64,000 nt of DNA from an uncultured delta proteobacterium (GTDB taxonomy: Bacteria > Desulfobacterota > Syntrophia > Syntrophales > UBA2185): assembly GCA_963729715.1 (NCBI GenBank), contig CAVSPA010000006.1, positions 64,001-128,000 of the forward strand, given 5' to 3'. Positions 48,758 to 57,143 of the stretch are shown here, in pieces; the stretch's first letter is position 1, and each line of letters begins with the position of its first letter. The notes beneath the pieces were generated by a model, which saw only the letters and a program-made list of their open reading frames with translations, was not told where the DNA came from and made no database searches. Position numbers and translations under genes: made by a program.

Positions 48758-51700
48758 ATGACAACTCCCCCTGAAGACCCTCCATCTTCCACAGTTCAAG
48801 AGAGTGCTTCATCTGCCTCAAATAAGCCGCAAACTCTGAGTGCTTGGATTAGGCGGCCGCAGGCGATCGTGTTCACACTCATCGGATTATTTATTTTAAC
48901 CTGTGGAATCTACATTAGCCTCGGTTACCGGCACTTTGAAAGTACAAGGCGCAATGCGCTGCTTGCAGATAAGACTATGGCAAACCTTCTCGCGGTGGTT
49001 ATAGAGGAGCATGAAAGAGCAGTCATTGGAATCCTACAGTCCTATGCCGGTCGGCCATTATTCATTGAGATTGTAAAAAGAAAGGATCCTGTAGCTGCCC
49101 GCCGGCATCTGGCCGAGCTCAAAAAGCAGCATGAGATCGATTTTACGTTGGTGACGGACAAGAACGGAGTCTCCTGGGCGAATTATCCCGTGTTTCCGGA
49201 AGTAATAGGGAAGGACCTGTCCCATCTCGACTGGTATAAAGGGATAAGTTCCAACTGGAAGCCTTATATTTCCACTGTTCTCAAACTCGTTGTCCTGGAT
49301 AAGCCGTTGGCTATAGTGATCTGCGTTCCTGTCTTCGATGAAAAAGGTAGACCCATCGGGATACTCTCAAGCTCCCAACGACTCACTTTTCTCTCAGACA
49401 TCATCCAGCAGGTGCCTTTTAATCCGTATACGGGCGTGACCGTGATCGACCGGACAGGGCATATCCTTTACAACAACAAATATCCCCAGCAGAAAGAAAA
49501 CACTGAATATGCATCATATTCAATCATTGAGCAGGCATTGAAGGAAAGAAGACAGCAGGTTGAATTAACTGATCCGCAGAAAGGTCAGGCAAAAAGTTAT
49601 CTGGCCGTTGTTCCCATCGAAGGCATCGGATGGACGGTGATCGTTGAGAGAGGACTGAAGGATATCTTTAGGTCAGAATACAAAAATTATATCATGACCG
49701 GCGCTTTTCCACTCCTCCTGTTTCTTTTGGTCTCTTTCTTTCTGGTCTATTCAAGAAAAGTCTTCCTGTTTCGAAAAACTGAGGAACTTTTGCAGGCTGA
49801 AGTTCGTTTCCGCAGTCTGTTCGAGAGCATGAGCAGTGGTGTGACGATCTATCAGGCAACGGATGATGGAGAAGACTTCATCATTCTGGACCACAATGAG
49901 GCCGCCCAAAGGATCACTCATGTCTACAAAGATTTTATCGGTAAAAGTGTAAGTGCCCTATTTCCGGGAGTCAAAGATTTTGGTCTCCTCCAGGTTTTTC
50001 AGCAGGTATGGAGAACCGGGAAAGCAGAGTTTTTTCCATCTGCCCTGTATAAGGATGACCGTCTCACGTACTGGGCAGAAAATTATGTCTACAAGCTGCC
50101 ATCCGGTGAAATTGTTACCATATTCGATGACGTCACCGAACACAAGCAGGCGGAGGATGACCTGCAGGAAAGCGAAGAGAAGTACCGCGTATTCTTTGAG
50201 ACGTCACGAGATTGCGTCTTTATTACTTCCAAAGATGGTAGCTGGATAGATTTCAATGATGCTGCCGTGCAATTTTTTGGTTACGAAAGTAGAGACGAAT
50301 TGAAAGAAGTAAAGATACAACATTTATATCATGATGAACAAGACAGGAAAAGACATACACAGGAGATTACACAGCGAAGGTTTTCTCGGGACTATGCCGT
50401 AGATTTGCGAAAGAAGGATGGCAGTATCATCCATACGCTTATCACATCAGTTCCGAAAAAGGATAAAAGCGGGGAGATAATTGGTTATCAGGGAACAATT
50501 AAGGATGTTACGGATCAAAGGCGGGCGGAGGAAGTATTAAAGGAAGCGTTTAATTTTCTGCAACAGTTGATTGACGCCTTGCCAATGCCGCTTTTTTACA
50601 AAGATTCAAAGGGCATATATCTGGGATGCAACAAAGCCTTCGAGCAATTCTTTGGGCGGAAAAGGGGAGAGATTACCGGCAAATCGGTCTACGATATCTC
50701 TCCGAAAGAACTTGCTGGTATCTATCATGAACAGGATATGGCCCTGTTGCAGAGTCAAGGAGTACAGATTTATGAATCTTCAGTAAACGACACGGGTGGA
50801 GTTCACCATGATGTGATTTTCCATAAGGCAACATTTCCCAATGTGGATGGTTCAGTTGGCGGTTTGATTGGGGCCATTCTCGATATCACCGAACGCAAGC
50901 AGGCAGAACAAAGCCAAGCATTGGTTAACCGTATCCTGGAAATCCTGAACAACCCGGGTGAAATAATCAACCTGATCCGCAATATTCTTCTTCTATTGAA
51001 GGAACATACAGGTATTGAAGCGATCGGTGTCCGCCTGCGGGAGGCCGAAGACTTTCCTTATTACGAGACCAATGGATTCCCACCCCATTTTATTGAATCT
51101 GAAAAATACCTCTGCGCCCGCGATGACGCAGGTGAAATCATGTGTGATTCTCATGGTATTCCGTGTCTCGAATGCATATGCGGCAACGTCATATGCGGAC
51201 GAACGGATCCAGCGCTCCCCTTTTTCACGGAAGGTGGCAGCTTCTGGACAAACAGCACAACAAAATTGTTAGCTTCCGCCACGGAGGAAGACCGCAAGAC
51301 GTGGACGAGGAACCGTTGTCATAGTGAAGGATATGAGTCTGTTGCCCTCATTCCGCTGAGGTCAGGGGAGGAAATTATAGGCCTCCTGCAACTGAACGAT
51401 AAACAGCCGGATCGCTTCACGCTGGGCATGATCCAATCTCTTGAAGGAATTGGCACAAGTATCGGCATCGCCCTCCATCGTCTGCAAGCGGAGCAGGCCA
51501 TCGGGAAAAGTGAAGAAAAGTATCGTCTGGTGGTAGACAATGCGGCTGAAGCTATCATCATCACACAGGATGAAAAGCTGGTCTTTGTCAATAGTGCTAC
51601 TGAGGACATAATAGGCTATTCCGCAGCGATATTGACATCCAGATCTTTCATAGACTTTATCCATCCCGATGACCGCAATACGGTCGTCGGTTATCACATA

Positions 51701-53368
51701 AAGAGACTGAAAGGTGAGGAAGTTCCCATTGTCTATGATTTCAGAGTTGTTTGCCAGGATGGAACCGTAAAGTGGCTTGAGCAGAAGGGAGTTGTTATTC
51801 AATGGGACAAAAGACCCGCCACTTTGAACTTCCTCAGCGACATCACCGAGCGCAAGCGAGCGGAGGATGAGTTGCGTGATTCAGAGGAGAAATATCGGTC
51901 TCTGGCCTCTACCGCAGATTTGATGTTTCTCGTGGACAGGGACTGTAGATACCTGTTCATGAATGAGAGATACGCAGAGCGGTTTGATCTTCCAATAGAA
52001 AAATTCATCGGTAGGATCTATGGTGATTTCCATTCAGAGGAAATAACAAAAACATTTTCTCAGATAATAGGGACAGTTCTACGCACCCGAGAATCAGTAC
52101 AGCATGAGTATAAGAGTGACAGAGACGGAAGGTTTTTCCTTCAAACATTGACTCCTGTTAAGGATCGAGAAGGAAAAGCAATAACTGCGGTGACAGTGTT
52201 ATCAAAAGACATCACTGAACGCAAGGAAGCTGAGAAAGCGCTGCGTCAGGCTGAGGCCGATTATCGGAGCATTTTTGAAAACTCCCAGGAAGGGATATAT
52301 CGGTCAACCTCTGAAGGGAAGTTTATAGCAGCCAATCAGTCTATGGCGAATATTTTGGGTTATGACTCTCCCGGGGATCTTATCAAAGGCATCACCGGCA
52401 TTACCCGTCAGATCTATGTATATCCGGAAGACCGTCAAGTATTATTAAAGATGGTTAAAGAACATGGATCTGTAAAAGGTTTTGAAACTCAATTTTACCG
52501 GAAGGATGGCAGCAAAATATGGGTATCCATAGCTATGCGCGATGTCCACGATACAGAGGGCATTGTCCAATATTATGAAGGTAGCAATGAAGATATTACC
52601 GCGAGAAAAGAAGCAGAGGAAAAATTGCTAAGGATTTTAAGCGAACTTCAGGAAACGAGGGATCAGCTGATTCGATCTGAGAAGCTTGCGGCCGCGGGTA
52701 CACTTTCGACAGGTGTTGCCCATGAGATACTGAATCCCGTCAACATCATATCCATAAAATTACAGCTTATAGGAATGACAGAAACCCTCTCTGATAAAGC
52801 AAAGTCAGACGTGGAAGTATGTAAAGATCAAATAGCGAGGATTACCAAAATAACCACAGCTCTGAATGAGTTTGCCCGTGTTTCAGTACAACAGGTAATT
52901 ACAGGTGATCTGAACCGGTTGATCGATGACATGGTTGTACTGGTTGCGCCCCGCTTGAAATTCGAAAATGTGAGAACGGCCATTCAATGTCAACCCGACC
53001 TTCCTCTAATCCAGATGGACAAAGGCAGGATGGGACAGGTCATCTTTAATCTGATCACTAATGCCCTCGATGCCATGCACAATAAAGAGGAAAAGACATT
53101 ACATATTTCAACAGAACTTAAAGACGAAAATATTATCCGGCTTGTCGTTTCCGATACCGGTACAGGAATGAAACCGGAGATTCTGAACAAAATCTTTGAT
53201 CCCTTTTTCACGACAAAAGAACCGGGGAGGGGAACCGGTCTGGGTCTTTCTATCTCATACGGGATCATCCAGGACCACGGTGGAAGGATCTGGGCCGAGA
53301 ACAATGAATGGGGAGGAGCATCATTTTTTATAGAACTGCCGATAAAACTCGGTAAAGCAGAAAATTAG
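48758..53368 (+). CDS. Membrane sensor histidine kinase (Cache + multiple PAS + GAF + HisKA/HATPase)
   Basis: Two TM segments around a Cache-like domain; repeated DITE/DVTE PAS ends; H-box AHEILNP; DTGTG, FDPFFTTK, GTGLGL. Confidence 0.92.
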   Translation: MTTPPEDPPSSTVQESASSASNKPQTLSAWIRRPQAIVFTLIGLFILTCGIYISLGYRHFESTRRNALLADKTMANLLAVVIEEHERAVIGILQSYAGRPLFIEIVKRKDPVAARRHLAELKKQHEIDFTLVTDKNGVSWANYPVFPEVIGKDLSHLDWYKGISSNWKPYISTVLKLVVLDKPLAIVICVPVFDEKGRPIGILSSSQRLTFLSDIIQQVPFNPYTGVTVIDRTGHILYNNKYPQQKENTEYASYSIIEQALKERRQQVELTDPQKGQAKSYLAVVPIEGIGWTVIVERGLKDIFRSEYKNYIMTGAFPLLLFLLVSFFLVYSRKVFLFRKTEELLQAEVRFRSLFESMSSGVTIYQATDDGEDFIILDHNEAAQRITHVYKDFIGKSVSALFPGVKDFGLLQVFQQVWRTGKAEFFPSALYKDDRLTYWAENYVYKLPSGEIVTIFDDVTEHKQAEDDLQESEEKYRVFFETSRDCVFITSKDGSWIDFNDAAVQFFGYESRDELKEVKIQHLYHDEQDRKRHTQEITQRRFSRDYAVDLRKKDGSIIHTLITSVPKKDKSGEIIGYQGTIKDVTDQRRAEEVLKEAFNFLQQLIDALPMPLFYKDSKGIYLGCNKAFEQFFGRKRGEITGKSVYDISPKELAGIYHEQDMALLQSQGVQIYESSVNDTGGVHHDVIFHKATFPNVDGSVGGLIGAILDITERKQAEQSQALVNRILEILNNPGEIINLIRNILLLLKEHTGIEAIGVRLREAEDFPYYETNGFPPHFIESEKYLCARDDAGEIMCDSHGIPCLECICGNVICGRTDPALPFFTEGGSFWTNSTTKLLASATEEDRKTWTRNRCHSEGYESVALIPLRSGEEIIGLLQLNDKQPDRFTLGMIQSLEGIGTSIGIALHRLQAEQAIGKSEEKYRLVVDNAAEAIIITQDEKLVFVNSATEDIIGYSAAILTSRSFIDFIHPDDRNTVVGYHIKRLKGEEVPIVYDFRVVCQDGTVKWLEQKGVVIQWDKRPATLNFLSDITERKRAEDELRDSEEKYRSLASTADLMFLVDRDCRYLFMNERYAERFDLPIEKFIGRIYGDFHSEEITKTFSQIIGTVLRTRESVQHEYKSDRDGRFFLQTLTPVKDREGKAITAVTVLSKDITERKEAEKALRQAEADYRSIFENSQEGIYRSTSEGKFIAANQSMANILGYDSPGDLIKGITGITRQIYVYPEDRQVLLKMVKEHGSVKGFETQFYRKDGSKIWVSIAMRDVHDTEGIVQYYEGSNEDITARKEAEEKLLRILSELQETRDQLIRSEKLAAAGTLSTGVAHEILNPVNIISIKLQLIGMTETLSDKAKSDVEVCKDQIARITKITTALNEFARVSVQQVITGDLNRLIDDMVVLVAPRLKFENVRTAIQCQPDLPLIQMDKGRMGQVIFNLITNALDAMHNKEEKTLHISTELKDENIIRLVVSDTGTGMKPEILNKIFDPFFTTKEPGRGTGLGLSISYGIIQDHGGRIWAENNEWGGASFFIELPIKLGKAEN

Positions 53369-53389
53369 CCTTCAGAAAGGAGAAGAATT

Positions 53390-53770
53390 GTGAAAAAATT
53401 TCAGGGAAGAATTTTGGTTGTCGATGATGAAGAAGAGGTGTTAAACACCCTGAAGGAATTTTTAACAGTCAAGGGATATGAGGTTCATACCGCGAGGGAT
53501 GGTTTAGAGGCTATTGAAAAGATGAAAGAAGTAAGGCCACATGTCGTTTTTCTTGACATCATTATGCCCGGGATGGGTGGTATTGATGCCCTGAAGGAAA
53601 TAAAGAAAATTGATCCCCTGGTAGGGGTAATCATGGCAACTGCCGTTACGGATGAGGAACTGGGCAAAAGGACCCTTCAGCTGGGTGCTTATGATTATAT
53701 CACAAAGCCTTTTGATCTGAACTACATTGAAACAGTCGTGCTGGTTAAGATAATTCAGATTATGGGTTAG
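53390..53770 (+). CDS. Single-domain response regulator
   Basis: ILVVDDE, LDIIMPG, YITKPF. Confidence 0.92.
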   Translation: MKKFQGRILVVDDEEEVLNTLKEFLTVKGYEVHTARDGLEAIEKMKEVRPHVVFLDIIMPGMGGIDALKEIKKIDPLVGVIMATAVTDEELGKRTLQLGAYDYITKPFDLNYIETVVLVKIIQIMG

Positions 53771-53806
53771 GGCTATAACTACTCCCTTAAATCTATTCCT
53801 TTTTAT

Positions 53807-54172
53807 TTATGAGCTGCCCCGAACCCGCCGGACGAGGATCTGAATACATTTTATGCTGGCAGAACTTGCTAGGATACTCGGATTTCTGTTTTTAAAGCTA
53901 TTGCGCACGAAAACATATTCGGCCGCTGTGGCAATATCCATGTGTCCGGCCATTAGAGCCTTGACACAGGCGACACCCGAATCGTATTTCTTGATCGTTA
54001 AATCAAGGCCATATTCCTTAAAGTATTCTCTGTTTTCGGCGACCCAGATGAGCGTTGGAAATTTGTTGGGATAGGCACCGATGATGATCTTGTCGCTTGG
54101 CCCCTGATACTTGCTTGCATCCTTCTGGTTGATCCGCGCCATACAGGCGATCCCGAGAATCACCGCTATCAT
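53807..54172 (-). pseudogene. Truncated SsuA/NMT1-like periplasmic binding protein
   Basis: Signal-like N-terminus, LIWVAE..YFKEYGL, SGVAC..AL.AG..DIA; ends prematurely. Confidence 0.5.
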
Positions 54173-54301
54173 CAGAATGACAATTTTCTTTTTTAGTGTC
54201 GTATAGACTGCAATAATAGAATCAGGGGATGTGCAGGGTCCTCAAGTCCAGAGACATCCTCAACATCACCTTTCATATCACAATGGGCCTTTACGGATCA
54301 T

Positions 54302-54679
54302 TCAATCAGGCAGAATGGTTTTGATTTTCATGATCACCTCCTTTATAGAAACGGGCTTGGCAATGAAATTCTGGCCCCCGATTAACCCCTCGCTCCTTTT
54401 GATCTCGGCCTGTTGCACAATGGCCGTTACGAATATAATGGGGATCGATTTGGTCGAGGCATCTTCAGCCAATGCTTCCGCCACCTGGGGGCCTACGATA
54501 TCGGACATCAGGATATCCAACAATATGATGTCCGGTTTTTTTGTCTTTGCTAGTGCGATGCCCTCTTTTCCATTCGTGGCGGTCCATACGTGAAATCCAC
54601 CCACAGACTCCAATCCTTGCTTGATGGTACGGCAGTATTCCACTTCGTCATCGATAACCAGAATCTTTTTTCTAGCCAT
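54302..54679 (-). CDS. Single-domain response regulator
   Basis: ILVIDDE, PDIILLDILM, IPIIFVT, FIAKP. Confidence 0.9.
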   Translation of the reverse strand: MARKKILVIDDEVEYCRTIKQGLESVGGFHVWTATNGKEGIALAKTKKPDIILLDILMSDIVGPQVAEALAEDASTKSIPIIFVTAIVQQAEIKRSEGLIGGQNFIAKPVSIKEVIMKIKTILPD

Positions 54680-54744
54680 TGTATTACCTCTTTCAATGTC
54701 AATAAGGTCCTTTACACAATCCTCCGCGATTTCTTTAGTCTGTC

Positions 54745-56754
54745 TTAACGTCCATCGGCGATAATCTGTGCCGTTTGCCCGTCGGGGAGATGAGGCGCCA
54801 GCAATTCCACGATAAAGGTCGCCCCACCCCGTTTTCTGTTCTCAACCCAGATCCTTCCACCGTGGTCCTGGATGATCCGGTATGAGATAGAAAGGCCCAA
54901 CCCGGTCCCTTTTCCCTCTTCCTTCGTCGTAAAGAAGGGATCAAAAATCCTGCTGAGAATTTCCTGAGGGATACCCGTGCCGGTATCGGAAAAGGAAAAT
55001 CTCACAACGTTCTTGTCCGTAAACTCTGTGACAACCCGTAATACCCTCTCCGGTCTGCTTTTCATGGCATCAATGGCATTATTGATCAGGTTTAGGATGA
55101 CCTGCCCAATTCTGTCCTTGTCCATGGGCACTAAGGGAAGATCGGGCTGGTATTGAAGATCCTTCTTTATGTCATCGAATTTCAACCTGGGTCCCATGAG
55201 GTTTAAGACCTGTTCTATCAGCTCGTTTAGATTTACCGGCCTGATATTCTTTTCAGTCACTCGGGCAAACTGGTTTAGATCACTTGATATTTTAGTCACC
55301 CTTTTAACTTGTTCGTGGCAGGTCTTAAATCCTTCCCTGACCTTTTCAGAAAGGTCTTCATCCATTTCCATGATTTGCAACTTCATATCGATGATATTGA
55401 TGGGGTTAAGGATCTCATGGGCAACACCGGCAGCCAGTTGCCCCACGGCGGCGAGCTTCTCCGAGCGAATCAGCATGTCCCGGGAAGCCAAAAGTTCTTT
55501 TTCCGCCCTCTTACGCTCCGTGATATCGAGAATGGCCCCGATCAAACCGCCAACTGAACCATCTATTTCGGGGAATGTTGCCTTATGGAAGATCACATTA
55601 TGAACAACTCCCCCCGTGTCTTTTACCGAAGATTCATAAATTTGTGTTTTTTGACTCTGCAATAGAGCCATATCCTGTTCATGATAGATATCAGCAAGTT
55701 CTTTCGGGGAGATATCGTAGACCGATTTGCCGGTAACCTGTTCCTTTTTCTGTCCAAAGAATTGTTCGAAGGCTCTGTTGCATCCCAGATATCTGCCCTC
55801 TGAATCCTTGTAAAATATCGGCACCGGCAGTGCATCAATCAACTGTTGCTGGAAATTAAGCGCTTTATTTAAAGCCTCCTCCGCCCGCTTGCGTTTCGTA
55901 ATATCACGGGCGACGGAAATGACACCTAAAATCTTGTCTTCACGCATTAAGGGGGATCCACTGACTTCACAATACTTTATGGTTCCATCCTTTGCGATAA
56001 CCCGGTAAATCGTCGCCGGAATTACCTCACCCTTTAAGATCAAACTCATATCGCCTATGATCTGCTCAAAAGATTCCGGCGTAAGGATATATCCTAAATC
56101 GGAAACAGGTCGGCCAATGAAATCTTGTGGTTTATACCCCAATATTCTCTCCACACTTGGAGACACGGTTAACACATTGAGATCGTTGTCAATCGTATAA
56201 ATAACATCCGTTGCATTCTGAAAAGATAAACGATACCTCTCCTCCGATATCCTCAACTTCTGATTTGCAATTTCCAGATCTGACATTTTCTTTTCAAGTT
56301 TTTTGAACAGGATTTCATTATGCCGCCTGAAGGACTCCATTTCTTCACCGAGAGGCTTGGTCACTGCTTGCCTTGCCGTATATTTTTCTTCCAACACATC
56401 TTTCAACATATTCATAAAAATATCCGGTTCCTGGGGTTTGATGATGAATCGATCCGCCCCGAGGCTTAACGCAAACTCCTCGTCTTTAGGTTCGGTATAT
56501 GTGGCGGTGTAAAATACCAGGGGTATATGTTTAAGCGTATCATCTGATTTCCATTCCCGGCATAAGGCGTAGCCGTCAATCACGGGCATTAGAATATCTG
56601 TGACAATCAGGTCAGGAGGATTGAGACGGGCCTTATTCAGGGCATCCTTGCCGTCTTCCGCTGAAGTTACTTCAAAACCGTATCCCTTCAGCAGGGTTTC
56701 CAGCATATATAGATTAGTGCTGTTATCGTCGACAATTAAAACTTTCTTTATCAT
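54745..56754 (-). CDS. Hybrid REC-PAS-PAS histidine kinase
   Basis: N-terminal receiver (VDDN, TDILMP), two PAS domains, AHEILNP, GTGLGL. Confidence 0.92.
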   Translation of the reverse strand: MIKKVLIVDDNSTNLYMLETLLKGYGFEVTSAEDGKDALNKARLNPPDLIVTDILMPVIDGYALCREWKSDDTLKHIPLVFYTATYTEPKDEEFALSLGADRFIIKPQEPDIFMNMLKDVLEEKYTARQAVTKPLGEEMESFRRHNEILFKKLEKKMSDLEIANQKLRISEERYRLSFQNATDVIYTIDNDLNVLTVSPSVERILGYKPQDFIGRPVSDLGYILTPESFEQIIGDMSLILKGEVIPATIYRVIAKDGTIKYCEVSGSPLMREDKILGVISVARDITKRKRAEEALNKALNFQQQLIDALPVPIFYKDSEGRYLGCNRAFEQFFGQKKEQVTGKSVYDISPKELADIYHEQDMALLQSQKTQIYESSVKDTGGVVHNVIFHKATFPEIDGSVGGLIGAILDITERKRAEKELLASRDMLIRSEKLAAVGQLAAGVAHEILNPINIIDMKLQIMEMDEDLSEKVREGFKTCHEQVKRVTKISSDLNQFARVTEKNIRPVNLNELIEQVLNLMGPRLKFDDIKKDLQYQPDLPLVPMDKDRIGQVILNLINNAIDAMKSRPERVLRVVTEFTDKNVVRFSFSDTGTGIPQEILSRIFDPFFTTKEEGKGTGLGLSISYRIIQDHGGRIWVENRKRGGATFIVELLAPHLPDGQTAQIIADGR

Positions 56755-57143
56755 TGTCCTTTCCTCTGTTGATCTCTTATTATTAAATGTTGTTCAACTT
56801 GTGCCACAAAGGTGTCCGGATCAATTGGTTTCTCTATATATCCATTACAGCCGGCTTCCATTACCTTTTCCCGGTCACCGGACATTGCGTAGGACGTCAC
56901 TGCAACAATGGGCGTGTTTGCAAGGTCTGGATTCTGCCTTAGGTTGCGGGCGACAGCGTAACCGTCCATTACAGGCAACTGGATATCCAGGAGGATCAAG
57001 TCAGGTTCGAGCAAAGCCGCCATTTCAATGCCCGATTTACCATCCATCGCAGCGAAGACCTCATAGTCGCGCTGTTCAAGAATAAACCTGACAAGATAAA
57101 GATTCTGCTCATTATCTTCTATTACAAGGATTTTTCCTTTCAT
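56751..57143 (-). CDS. DivK-like single-domain response regulator
   Basis: IEDNEQN, LDIQLPVMDG, AVTSYAM.GD, YIEKPID. Confidence 0.9.
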   Translation of the reverse strand: MKGKILVIEDNEQNLYLVRFILEQRDYEVFAAMDGKSGIEMAALLEPDLILLDIQLPVMDGYAVARNLRQNPDLANTPIVAVTSYAMSGDREKVMEAGCNGYIEKPIDPDTFVAQVEQHLIIRDQQRKGQ

